The notes: generated by a model from the sequence alone, not told the origin. A DNA stretch of 52,100 nt from an uncultured Candidatus Saccharibacteria bacterium (GCA_964648105.1 CAZYMH010000002.1:1-52100); one strand, 5' to 3'; shown: positions 33,135 to 42,029, numbered from the stretch's first letter. Program-made: numbers and translations.

Positions 33135-33419
33135 TTATACCAGATCGTAAACGCCATCAATTTTATCAGCCAAATTTTTATCTGTTTCGGTAACTGTTTT
33201 TTGATCGCCGTGAGTATAACAAAAAACTTCAACTTCTTTATAATCTATCACTATTTTGCCATGATGATTTAATTGCTCGAACAAGACAGCTAATTTATTA
33301 ACAAATTCAACCGATTTCAGAAAAGAATCAAAACTAAACTTTTTTGTTAAGCCTAATTCAGTATCAGCCCAGTAAGATTCATTCACTTTCTTTATCCAAA
33401 CAATCATTGACCATGGCAT
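33135..33419 (-). CDS. Pterin-4a-carbinolamine dehydratase (PCD/DCoH)-like protein
   Basis: FVNKLAVLFEQLNHHGKIVIDYKEVEVFCYTH...TETDKNLADKID matches the PCD pattern (HHP-type histidines, TH...T..D). Confidence 0.6.
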   Translation of the reverse strand: MPWSMIVWIKKVNESYWADTELGLTKKFSFDSFLKSVEFVNKLAVLFEQLNHHGKIVIDYKEVEVFCYTHGDQKTVTETDKNLADKIDGVYDLV

Positions 33420-34038
33420 CGGCTGTTTTATTCAGCTCCCTAGGCACATGAGAGATATTAATTTTCTTAAATTTAGTCATTAACTCTTTGATAGAATCAT
33501 GAATCGGCCATAATTCGCGGTTTTTGACCTTAAATATACCTTTTATTTGATTAACAACTAGCAAGCTATCCATATAAATATGCACAACTTCAACTTGGTT
33601 TTTTTGGCACCATTCTAAACCGTCTTTCAGCCCTAAATACTCTGCTTGATTGTTAGTAGTTACACCTAAATAGCGGCTCGACTTATAAATTTCTTGATCT
33701 GACATATCATAGATCACAAATCCAAGTGCCGATGGTCCTGGGTTACCCCTCGATCCGCCATCACTAAACAATTTTACTTCTTTGGCACCTTGATTATTAA
33801 CTTCAACATTTTGGTTATCATTTATAAGGCTTGGATTAGCTACACTCTTTAAATTAGCTAAGGCAAAATCTCTGGTATCTTGCTTATCAGTATCATAAGC
33901 TTTCATAAACCATTGTTCATAATCATGCCATTCATTCACCCCATACCACAATTCAACAGGTATGATATTTCTCTCTGTAATTGCCCCTCGGTGATTCAAA
34001 TAAGTAATAGTAATTTGTTTGTTTTTATCAATATCCAT
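33379..34038 (-). CDS. RNase HI-family protein (RVT_3-type RNase H domain) with an extra ~85-aa N-terminal domain
   Basis: DGGSRGNPGPSALGFVI, TNNQAEYLGL, DSLLVVNQI and NKTADAMVN form the DEDD catalytic pattern. The N-terminal WYL-like segment ITITYLNHRGAITERNIIPVELWY is not confidently assigned. Confidence 0.75.
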   Translation of the reverse strand: MDIDKNKQITITYLNHRGAITERNIIPVELWYGVNEWHDYEQWFMKAYDTDKQDTRDFALANLKSVANPSLINDNQNVEVNNQGAKEVKLFSDGGSRGNPGPSALGFVIYDMSDQEIYKSSRYLGVTTNNQAEYLGLKDGLEWCQKNQVEVVHIYMDSLLVVNQIKGIFKVKNRELWPIHDSIKELMTKFKKINISHVPRELNKTADAMVNDCLDKESE

Positions 34039-34060
34039 ACATACATTTTACCAGATATTT

Positions 34061-34137
34061 TGGTCGGGATGACAGGACTTGAACCTGCGACCTCACGACC
34101 CCCAGCCGTACGTGCTAGCCAACTGCACCACATCCCG
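34061..34137 (-). tRNA. tRNA-Pro (GGG), CCA encoded
   Basis: The reverse complement reads CGGGATG...CATCCCG acceptor, anticodon loop CTGGGGG, T-loop TTCAAGT, 3' ACCA. A TATAAT at 34150-34155 lies just upstream. Confidence 0.9.
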
Positions 34138-34278
34138 TAAACTATCTTCATTATAATATAAAATCTTGATTGGGGTCGTTCGGTCCTCACGGTCACGCTA
34201 GCGCGACCCCGAAACTTCATTCTTGGCAACAAGTTGCCAGAAGAAGATTTCCTTGCAACATGCCACTGGCATGTCTCA

Positions 34279-34316
34279 CCCCAGCCGTACGTGCTAGCCA
34301 ACTGCACCACATCCCG
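34279..34316 (-). pseudogene. Orphan copy of the tRNA-Pro 5' half (nt 1-38, through the anticodon)
   Basis: 38/38 identity to 34100-34137. No T-arm or 3' acceptor follows it. Confidence 0.85.
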
Positions 34317-34561
34317 ATATGATTTTTAGTGTTTATAGTCAACTTAATAGGCCCTTTAAATCATTACTCGAGCATATTGATTAACTTGGAAGAACCCAAG
34401 TGGGTGGTCTCACATATCAACCACGATTGATATAAATTTCGACTTCCCATAATCAAAGAATATTCAAGATAATCTTACTCGCCTTTCATGGGTTTAAAGG
34501 GCTATTTATATTTTAACTCGCCATGCAAGTTGTTTTCAATCGAATATGATTAAAAAGCTTG

Positions 34562-35185
34562 CTATAGCAAAATATTTATAACTCTAGTATTTAGATTGAT
34601 TAGTGTTTGGCCAAAGGTTGGTAATGCCAAAACTAAGGCAAAAACAATAAAAATTCCAAACTGTTCAATACTTGCCATAAATCTTTGAAGTGGTTCAGGT
34701 GCAAAAGCATATAGGACTCTCGAGCCATCGAGTGGAGGTAATGGAATCATATTAAAGACGAAAAGCCCGACATTAATTATTAAGAAAATCGACAGAATTT
34801 GCACTGTATCGACTCCTAGACTGCCGCCAAATAACCTTAAAATTCCAGCCGTAAATATCGCTAATATTAAGTTGGTCATAGGTCCAGCAAAAGCGATCAG
34901 TGCTGCTCCAAATTCCCCGCCTTTGACCCGTTCTGGGTTAAACGGTACTGGTTTTGCCGCCAAAATTGGTGCCTTTAACAATAAAAGAGTTACGATCGGT
35001 AAGATAATAGTCGAGAATAAATCGATGTGCTTTATCGGATTAAGTGAGATACGGCCTTCATTCTTAGCAGTGTCGTCACCTAACAGATAGCCCGCGTAAG
35101 CATGCATCGCTTCATGAAGAGTTATAGCGATAACTAGCGTTATTATTACAGCGACTAGATTTACTAGGCTTAAATTTCCAATCAT
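34562..35185 (-). CDS. Site-2 protease (peptidase M50) family membrane metalloprotease
   Basis: HEAMHAY (HExxH) within a TM helix, a downstream LPPLDGS motif, and multiple TM segments. Confidence 0.8.
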   Translation of the reverse strand: MIGNLSLVNLVAVIITLVIAITLHEAMHAYAGYLLGDDTAKNEGRISLNPIKHIDLFSTIILPIVTLLLLKAPILAAKPVPFNPERVKGGEFGAALIAFAGPMTNLILAIFTAGILRLFGGSLGVDTVQILSIFLIINVGLFVFNMIPLPPLDGSRVLYAFAPEPLQRFMASIEQFGIFIVFALVLALPTFGQTLINLNTRVINILL

Positions 35186-35219
35186 ATCAATTGATTATAT
35201 CAGGTTTTACTAAAAATAA

Positions 35220-35248
35220 TTGACTTTTAAGGTGTAAAAAGTTAAAAT
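35220..35248 (+). promoter_or_regulatory. Predicted rpmB promoter
   Basis: TTGACT (35220-35225), a 17-nt spacer, then TAAAAT (35243-35248). Confidence 0.5.
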
Positions 35249-35285
35249 ATATACCTGAACTATCAAATTTAAGTAAGGTAAACTA

Positions 35286-35477
35286 ATGCAAAAATGCGAT
35301 ATTACTGGTAAAGGTAAGCAATACGGTCATAATGTTAGCTTTTCTTTAAGGCGAACAAAAAAGGTCTGGAAACCTAACCTTCAAGTCAAAACCGTAGAAG
35401 TTGATGGCAAAAAAGTTAAACTAAAAGTTAGCACTTCTGCTATCAGAACTCTAAAGAAAAAAGGCTTACTACAATAA
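35286..35477 (+). CDS. rpmB: 50S ribosomal protein L28
   Basis: CDITGKGKQYGHNVSFSLRRTKKVWKPNLQ. Confidence 0.93.
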   Translation: MQKCDITGKGKQYGHNVSFSLRRTKKVWKPNLQVKTVEVDGKKVKLKVSTSAIRTLKKKGLLQ

Positions 35478-35487
35478 GCCTTTTTTA
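35461..35487 (+). terminator. Rho-independent terminator of rpmB
   Basis: aaggctta / taagcctt stem overlapping the stop codon, followed by a T6 run. Confidence 0.65.
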
Positions 35488-35510
35488 GTTGTTTTAAGCC
35501 TCCAAAATAA

Positions 35511-36146
35511 TTATTTAGACGGATTTATAACAACATATTTAGTTACACCATCGAGTGCATCTGCACTTTTCAGCTTCAATACATCTACTGATTCACTTAC
35601 TTCTACAGACATTGACTTTAGGGCGGACTCCAAATCATTTTGTGGAATCTCATAATTAAGACCAGCAATATTATAATGTGTCGGAACAACTAATTTAGGG
35701 TCTACTTCTTTAATTACCTTTTGAGCTCCAATAGAATCTAAGGTTAAACCGTTGCCGCCCACTGGCACAAAAAGAACATCTACTTGACCTAGCGACTCTA
35801 ATAAAGTATCTGTTATTTCTGGGTAGATATTACCAAGAACTACTAAATTTGTGTCATTGATTGCGATTTTATAGATTACAGATTTTTTACCATCAGTTTC
35901 GGAGTCTAAATGACTGCGAGCAGGAACTCCAATAACAGATACCTCCGATACCTCATATTCTCCAGGCCTATCGATTACAAACCTTGCCACTCCAGATGTA
36001 CTACCAAAACGATCATCGGTAATCAGTAAAATGTCTTCTTTGCCGACAATTGATTTTCCGCCAATTTTGACTACGTCATCAACGACTATTGAAGCTTTTT
36101 TAGTGCTAATTTTTATACAATTTCCACCATAGAATTTAATATCCAC
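35511..36146 (-). CDS. Hypothetical protein, possibly an MBL-fold (UPF0173-like) hydrolase
   Basis: Size and the N-terminal MDIKFYGGNCIKIS pattern resemble MBL-fold proteins, but no HxHxDH motif is visible. Confidence 0.35.
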   Translation of the reverse strand: MDIKFYGGNCIKISTKKASIVVDDVVKIGGKSIVGKEDILLITDDRFGSTSGVARFVIDRPGEYEVSEVSVIGVPARSHLDSETDGKKSVIYKIAINDTNLVVLGNIYPEITDTLLESLGQVDVLFVPVGGNGLTLDSIGAQKVIKEVDPKLVVPTHYNIAGLNYEIPQNDLESALKSMSVEVSESVDVLKLKSADALDGVTKYVVINPSK

Positions 36147-36154
36147 AACTGTTA

Positions 36155-36838
36155 CTACCCTTTCTTAACTGGTTTTTTCTTATGATCAGGTTGCTCTTTG
36201 TCTGCAGCATTTTCACTACCACTAAGCAAATTATTATCATATAAAATCTGATTTTTTGACTCTAAAACTTTTAATAAAAATTTATCATTAATTTGTAGAC
36301 GATACTTATATTCCTTGAGTGGCATGCTGACATAACGTATTTCTTTATCTTCTCTCTTTTCGAGATCTGAAATATATTTAGATAATTGTGTTTGGTTTAT
36401 ATCACCAACTATCAAAAAATCTATTCCACTCGATTCATCTCTAGTAAACTGGCCAGTTAGTACAATTAATTCGAGATGACCAAGAGCTTTTAACTCTTCT
36501 GGTACGTTGGATTCAACATGTTTGGCCATATTATCGCTTGGTACTTCTGACTTTACGACTCCACTGGGCATAGCAACAATCGGAACATTGCCAAATATTT
36601 GAGATAATGGCTGATAATATTCGTATTTTTGGTTAACTTCATAAAACAATTTATTGTTAGTGGTTTCAGAACTAATTATTCCGACACTCAATAAATTAGA
36701 CAGTTCACGCCTGACAGAATTTATTTGCTCATCAACTTTACGAGTAATCTCTCGTACATAAAATGGACGATTAGGATTAGAATAAAATAATTGCAAAAGC
36801 TTAACCCTAGTTTTTGACCCAAACAATTGTTCAACCAT
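36155..36838 (-). CDS. Winged-helix (ArsR-like) DNA-binding protein with a C-terminal domain of unknown function
   Basis: LFGSKTRVKLLQLFYSNPNRPFYVREITRKVDEQINSVRRELSNLLSVGII is a typical wHTH. Confidence 0.6.
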   Translation of the reverse strand: MVEQLFGSKTRVKLLQLFYSNPNRPFYVREITRKVDEQINSVRRELSNLLSVGIISSETTNNKLFYEVNQKYEYYQPLSQIFGNVPIVAMPSGVVKSEVPSDNMAKHVESNVPEELKALGHLELIVLTGQFTRDESSGIDFLIVGDINQTQLSKYISDLEKREDKEIRYVSMPLKEYKYRLQINDKFLLKVLESKNQILYDNNLLSGSENAADKEQPDHKKKPVKKG

Positions 36839-36977
36839 AAATATATTGTAACAGAAATTTATGGACTATTATAGCCAATGCTTTGAGACAGCATATTTCA
36901 GTTGTTCAGTTAATAAATAACAGATAGAAATAATGTTAAGTTTAAGTAAAATTGTGATTTAAGATTTACTCAAAAAA

Positions 36978-37691
36978 TTAGTAAGGTCGTTTAGCGGCAA
37001 CTTGACTAGCCAGGTTCTCTAACTTGTCATCGAGCTTAATTAATTCTTTATTCATTCCAGCATGTTCCAATGCTAAACTCAGTAAATAATCGGCAAAAAC
37101 TGGATTTTTGCTAAGTAAAGGACCATGTAAATATGAACCAAAAACATTTTTTACTCTGGCACCTTCTTGACCGTCTTTACCATTATTGCCACCACCCTTT
37201 ATGACATTACCTAATGGTTCGACACCGTCACTTAAATAAGTCTTGCCGCTGTGGTTTTCGTAGCCGACTAGCTTGCCCCATTCGGTGTCGACAACGACAT
37301 TACCAATTAGTCTTTGCTTTGTCGCTACTGTTTCGCAGTCAAAAACTGATATACCTTTCAGACTCTTTTTATCGGAAGTTACGAATTTATTGCCAAACAA
37401 TTGATACATTCCACAAATCATTAACATCGGTACATTGTCATTGGCATAATTGTGAATTGTTTCGGCTTTGAGTTGTAAATCTTGCTCGACAACCGATTGT
37501 GCCGCATCTTGGCCACCGCCGCCCAAAATTATATCTGGATTTTTCGGCAAATCATCACCCAGTCCAGCGGTGTGAACTTGATAATCTATGCCTCGCCACC
37601 GTAGTCTTTGCTCAAGAACTAACAAGTTACCAGTGTCGCCATAAATATTCATTTCTTTTTTATAAAGCAAAAGTATATTAATTTTTTTCAT
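36978..37691 (-). CDS. gatD: Lipid II isoglutaminyl synthase, glutaminase subunit GatD (CobQ-type GATase)
   Basis: MICGMYQLFG (Cys nucleophile), GYENHSGKT and YLHGPLL. It overlaps the murT stop by 4 nt. Confidence 0.85.
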   Translation of the reverse strand: MKKINILLLYKKEMNIYGDTGNLLVLEQRLRWRGIDYQVHTAGLGDDLPKNPDIILGGGGQDAAQSVVEQDLQLKAETIHNYANDNVPMLMICGMYQLFGNKFVTSDKKSLKGISVFDCETVATKQRLIGNVVVDTEWGKLVGYENHSGKTYLSDGVEPLGNVIKGGGNNGKDGQEGARVKNVFGSYLHGPLLSKNPVFADYLLSLALEHAGMNKELIKLDDKLENLASQVAAKRPY

Positions 37692-38965
37692 TTTACTAAC
37701 TCCACATGCCCCTGTTTTTCTAAGCTTTTTCTAATTTCGAGCATAGCCGTATACGTGCAGAAGATTATGCCCTTTTGATTGACTTTAAGTCGTTTAATCA
37801 CCTCCGAAATTGCTTTATCCATATTGTCGATTACTTCAGCATTTAAATCGTCGTACTTTAGTCGAACTGCCATCTCGTATGCACGTATACCAGATGTAAT
37901 TATATGATTATCGGCTTTTATATCATGATTATAGACGACATCCCATAGCCAAGACATATCACGTCCATCGGCATAATCATCATTTATGGCAATCATGATT
38001 TGATCTGGCTGCTCCTCATGAATTAGCCGAAGCGACTGCATAAATCCTGCAGGATTTTTAACTAGTTGCAAACGAACAATTTTTTTATCAATCTCTATCA
38101 CTTCTCCACGTCCAAACGCTGGTTCAATATTAGCCAAAAAATCAAAAATTTGTTGGTTACTAATCGGCTCTTTGGCGACTGCCCGAACAGCCAAAAATGC
38201 GGTGGCTAAATTTTGATAGTTGTGTAGCCCGCTAACTTTCGGAATGATTGTAAAATCTTGGTTTTTATAGGTATAAGTGACTTCATTTTTACTAATCGAC
38301 TTTAGTAATACATCGGAATTATTACTTTTTGTTGGAGACGTGATACTATCACCGTGCATTTCATCATCAGATACAAATAGATGTGCAATTTGCATGTCAA
38401 CTCCAAAAGTTAATTTTGTAACTTTATCTTTAACTTCAAGCTGACTAACCCGAGAATCGTCATCATTCAAAACCACAAAATCATTAGCTGTTTTAGTTAC
38501 TTTACCCAAAAGTTGAGCTGTATTATCAATCTCACCAAATCTATCCATCTGATCACGCATGACATTTAATATAACCACTCCTCTAGGGGCAAATTGGTTC
38601 ACAAAATGAACTGCATAGGCCTCATCTTGTTCGAGTACAGCAACATCTTTTCTGAGCCGCCCTAGTATAGTAGCTTCAGACACAATTAGTGATATTACTC
38701 CCCGAACAAAGTTACTACCAGTACGGTTAGTCAATACGCGATAACCAGATTTTTCTAAGCCTTCGGCAATCAGTTTGGTGGTGGTAGTTTTGCCATTAGT
38801 ACCAGAGATTAAAATCACCCCCTCTGGCAACTGTTTTAGGGCTTGGGCTAAAAAATGCTTGTTGATTCTTTCTATTACATAGCCAGGCAGGGCACTACCA
38901 CGGCCACCTCTTAATCGTGTAATTGCTTGCAACGTCTTACCGATATATAAACTGATTAAAAACAT
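37688..38965 (-). CDS. murT: Lipid II isoglutaminyl synthase, Mur-ligase-like subunit MurT
   Basis: ISGTNGKTTTT P-loop, a DUF1727-like C-terminus (NDDYADGRDMSWLWDV), and pairing with gatD. Confidence 0.85.
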   Translation of the reverse strand: MFLISLYIGKTLQAITRLRGGRGSALPGYVIERINKHFLAQALKQLPEGVILISGTNGKTTTTKLIAEGLEKSGYRVLTNRTGSNFVRGVISLIVSEATILGRLRKDVAVLEQDEAYAVHFVNQFAPRGVVILNVMRDQMDRFGEIDNTAQLLGKVTKTANDFVVLNDDDSRVSQLEVKDKVTKLTFGVDMQIAHLFVSDDEMHGDSITSPTKSNNSDVLLKSISKNEVTYTYKNQDFTIIPKVSGLHNYQNLATAFLAVRAVAKEPISNQQIFDFLANIEPAFGRGEVIEIDKKIVRLQLVKNPAGFMQSLRLIHEEQPDQIMIAINDDYADGRDMSWLWDVVYNHDIKADNHIITSGIRAYEMAVRLKYDDLNAEVIDNMDKAISEVIKRLKVNQKGIIFCTYTAMLEIRKSLEKQGHVELVK

Positions 38966-38973
38966 GTTGTTTA

Positions 38974-39837
38974 TTATAAGCTTTTTATCTTATTTTGGGT
39001 AAGAACTTTTGTTTCTTTCAATAAGTCTTCGCAGCTAGCAAACCACTTTATCTCAGGATATCGCTTAAACCATTTAATCTGTTTTTTGGCTAAGTCTAGA
39101 TCAGCTTTCGCGAATAAATGCTTTGCTTCTACCTCTGAAATTTCGCCATTTATAAGTATCTCGATTGGTCGAAATCCAGGAGTATTAAAAGCAGATCGTT
39201 GATTACCATATTTTTTTATCAAATATTCGACCTCTTCGACTGCTCCAGAATCAAACATCACTTCGACTCGCTTGGTAATTCGAGCTTTCAACACATCTAA
39301 ACTCGGCTTTATCCCATAAATGATGATATTTTGCTTTAGTTTAGCTTTTCCAGCCTCTCCACCTCTATTAAGTAAGCCCCTCAAATGTCTAGGATTCTTG
39401 AATACTTGCTCGCTAACTACATAACCTCGCTCTGTGGCAATTTTTTGTAGCTTATTTAGCGGAAGATCATCAATTTTTTCAATAATTTCGGGAAAGTTAT
39501 AGTCAAACACGACACTGTTAATGTACAGTCCGCTACCTCCCACTAAGATTGGTGTTTTATCTTTACCCATGATTTCACTAATCATTTTATCGGCCATATT
39601 TTTGAAATCTTTGACTGTATAAGCTTGATCTGGCGATACCAAATCCAGTCCATAATGCTTAATCGCTTGCATGTCATCTTGATTTGGCTTGGCGGTAATA
39701 ATATTCATATCTTTATATATTGTCCTAGAATCAGCACAGATAATTTCACCATTGTAGCGTTTGGCTAATGTAGTCGCAGCTTCAGTTTTGCCAGATCCTG
39801 TGGGTCCAACAATTACTATCAAATTTTTGGTTGCCAT
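38974..39837 (-). CDS. miaA: tRNA dimethylallyltransferase
   Basis: VIVGPTGSGKTEAA and ICADSRTIYKDMNIITAKP. Confidence 0.9.
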   Translation of the reverse strand: MATKNLIVIVGPTGSGKTEAATTLAKRYNGEIICADSRTIYKDMNIITAKPNQDDMQAIKHYGLDLVSPDQAYTVKDFKNMADKMISEIMGKDKTPILVGGSGLYINSVVFDYNFPEIIEKIDDLPLNKLQKIATERGYVVSEQVFKNPRHLRGLLNRGGEAGKAKLKQNIIIYGIKPSLDVLKARITKRVEVMFDSGAVEEVEYLIKKYGNQRSAFNTPGFRPIEILINGEISEVEAKHLFAKADLDLAKKQIKWFKRYPEIKWFASCEDLLKETKVLTQNKIKSL

Positions 39838-40127
39838 AAATATTTTTCAATCTTAATATAAAAATTGTTATCTACCGATATATCCTCAGATTCTAGATGT
39901 TGCTTGTGGGCTTGTCTGCCACCTGGGTATCCAGACGCCAAGCCACCATTTCTGTTGACTACTCTGTGCCAAGGCAAATTTGGGTCACCATAATGTGCAA
40001 TCCCACCGACAATTCGTGCTGCCCTGCCATTGCCACAAATTGCTGCAATTTGTCCATAAGTCATAACTCTTCCAAATGGTATTTGAGAGACAAGTTGGTT
40101 AACTCGCACTGCAAAATTATCTTTCAT
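39819..40127 (-). CDS. Alkyltransferase-like (ATL) protein: MGMT-fold DNA-binding domain with Trp replacing the catalytic Cys
   Basis: IPFGRVMTYGQIA...RIVGGI...PWHRVVNRNG. The canonical PCHRV is PWHRV here (Trp codon at 39969-39971). Confidence 0.8.
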   Translation of the reverse strand: MKDNFAVRVNQLVSQIPFGRVMTYGQIAAICGNGRAARIVGGIAHYGDPNLPWHRVVNRNGGLASGYPGGRQAHKQHLESEDISVDNNFYIKIEKYLWQPKI

Positions 40128-40133
40128 ACTACT

Positions 40134-42026
40134 TCAAAGAGAGGTTTTGTTTACTCTCATTACAGATTCGTTATGAACTGTTTTGAAAAATCCATCCATA
40201 TTTAATTCTAAATGCTTATCATTTACCAACAAGTCGTGTCTAATTCGTGGCACAACCTTATCTGTTTCAATCTCTTTTTCGCCGACAACTAAAGTGTAAG
40301 GAACCTTCATAAGTTCTGCGTCTCGAATTTTCTTGCCAACAGATTGGTTAGAATTATCTACTGTGTAGCGAACATGATTTTGTCGTGCTAACTCCTCGAG
40401 TGTTTTTATATATTCAAGAGTGGTCGGCTCTTGGTTAACCGAGATTATTCTTACCTGCTCAGGGGCCAGCCAAACTGGTAAATTACCCGATGTTTTCTCT
40501 AACAAAAAGGCCATAAATCGCTCGAATGCCCCCATAATCGACTTATGGATCACATAAGGGTGTTGCTTTTTATTGTCTTGGTCGACATAGTTCAACCCCA
40601 TACGTTCTGGCACCAAAATATCAATTTGGACAGTGGCAATTGTATCTTCTTTACCAAGCACATTTCGAGTTTGAACATCTAATTTTGGACCATAAAATGC
40701 TGCTTCACCAACACCTTCTTCGTACGGCAGCCCAGATTCTTCTAAAACTTCCCTAATTATTTGTCCCGCGAATTCCCACTTATCACTCTCTTTGGCAAAT
40801 TTATCTTTTTCAAAGTCTGGTAGTGATAGCCTAAACCAATAATCATCGAGGTTTGTCTCGGCATAAACTGTTCTAAACAGCTCCAAAACAGATCTAAATT
40901 CTTCTTTTAGCTGATCGCCAGTTACATATGTATGCGAGTCGTTTTGAGTAATCGGCCCTCGCATTCGTATAAGACCAGTCAACGTGCCAGATAGCTCATA
41001 GCGATATAACCCTGAATGTTCACTCAGCCTCAACGGTAGGTCTCGGTAGCTCTCGACCATTTTTTCGTAAATCATATGATGGTGAGGACAGTTCATAGGC
41101 TTTATGAAGAACTTGTTGCCCTCTTCGTCTTCTTCGGTAGAATACATATTTTCGCTGTAATAATCGGCGTGTCCCGACCGTTCATAAAGTTTACGATCAG
41201 TCAAAACTGGTGTTGAGACATACTGATATCCAGCTGATTCTTCTTTATCTCGCATATAGTCCATTAGCGTCCTTTTGATTTGCTCACCTCTCGGCATTAG
41301 TAGCGGCAAACCTGCACCAACATCTGGTGTGATGAAGAATAATTTTAACTTTTCGCCTAAAACACGATGATCAGACTTTTTTGCTACCTCTAAAAGTTCT
41401 AAGTAGTTACTGAGGTCATCTTTTGTTTTGAATGCCACTCCATATAGTCTTTGCATTTGTGGGTTAGACTCTTTGCCACGCCAATATGCCCCAGCTACTC
41501 TCATCAGTTTAAATGCCCCTACTTCACCAGTGTTATCTACATGTGGCCCACGGCATAAATCAGTAAAATCGCCATTTGTATAAAATGACACACTATCGAC
41601 TTTACTCTCAGCACTCGATTCAAGCCCAAGATTATTAATATCAAGGTCTTTGACCAGTGTTGTGCCAGCCCTTTTCAAATCATTGAGTAGCTCTTGTTTA
41701 TAGGGCTGATGAGTGTTTTTTGCCCAATCAATTGCTTGATCGATTGGTTTTTCACTTCTTTCAAACTCTTGCTTCTCGGCAATAATTTTTCGCATTTCGG
41801 CTTCTATCTTCTTGAAGTCTTCTTGGCTTAATGTTTGGCCATCTAAATCAATATCATAATAAAAACCATCATCGACTACTGGGCCAACACCGAGTTTAAT
41901 ATTCGGCCAGATTCTTTGGACGGCACTAGCCATTATATGAGCCAGGCTATGCCTCATTGCGTAAATACCTTCTCTGTAATCAGCTGAAAAAATCTTGGAC
42001 TGTGCTTGTTGTTGGCTGTTATTCAT
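40134..42026 (-). CDS. thrS: Threonyl-tRNA synthetase
   Basis: HSLAHIMA (editing/SAD domain), the class II core (LYRYELSGTLTGLIRMRGPITQNDSH) and a C-terminal anticodon-binding domain. No obvious N-terminal TGS domain. Confidence 0.93.
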   Translation of the reverse strand: MNNSQQQAQSKIFSADYREGIYAMRHSLAHIMASAVQRIWPNIKLGVGPVVDDGFYYDIDLDGQTLSQEDFKKIEAEMRKIIAEKQEFERSEKPIDQAIDWAKNTHQPYKQELLNDLKRAGTTLVKDLDINNLGLESSAESKVDSVSFYTNGDFTDLCRGPHVDNTGEVGAFKLMRVAGAYWRGKESNPQMQRLYGVAFKTKDDLSNYLELLEVAKKSDHRVLGEKLKLFFITPDVGAGLPLLMPRGEQIKRTLMDYMRDKEESAGYQYVSTPVLTDRKLYERSGHADYYSENMYSTEEDEEGNKFFIKPMNCPHHHMIYEKMVESYRDLPLRLSEHSGLYRYELSGTLTGLIRMRGPITQNDSHTYVTGDQLKEEFRSVLELFRTVYAETNLDDYWFRLSLPDFEKDKFAKESDKWEFAGQIIREVLEESGLPYEEGVGEAAFYGPKLDVQTRNVLGKEDTIATVQIDILVPERMGLNYVDQDNKKQHPYVIHKSIMGAFERFMAFLLEKTSGNLPVWLAPEQVRIISVNQEPTTLEYIKTLEELARQNHVRYTVDNSNQSVGKKIRDAELMKVPYTLVVGEKEIETDKVVPRIRHDLLVNDKHLELNMDGFFKTVHNESVMRVNKTSL

Positions 42027-42029
42027 ACT

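Noticed and set aside
33379-34038. RVT_3-type RNase H gene considered as part of a retroelement or DGR
   Set aside because: No reverse transcriptase ORF and no template/variable repeat pair is visible in the window. It is a stand-alone RNase HI family protein.
33880-34310. ORFs 33880-34140 (+) and 33996-34310 (-)
   Set aside because: They run through tRNA-Pro, its duplicated half and the RNase H gene, and have no coding features.
34061-34320. The tRNA-Pro duplication considered as attL/attR of an integrated mobile element or a tRNA intron
   Set aside because: Only 141 bp lie between the repeats, and there is no integrase. The duplicated part is the 5' half, whereas integrases usually duplicate the 3' half. 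An intron would not contain a second copy of exon 1. It is reported as an unexplained duplication instead.
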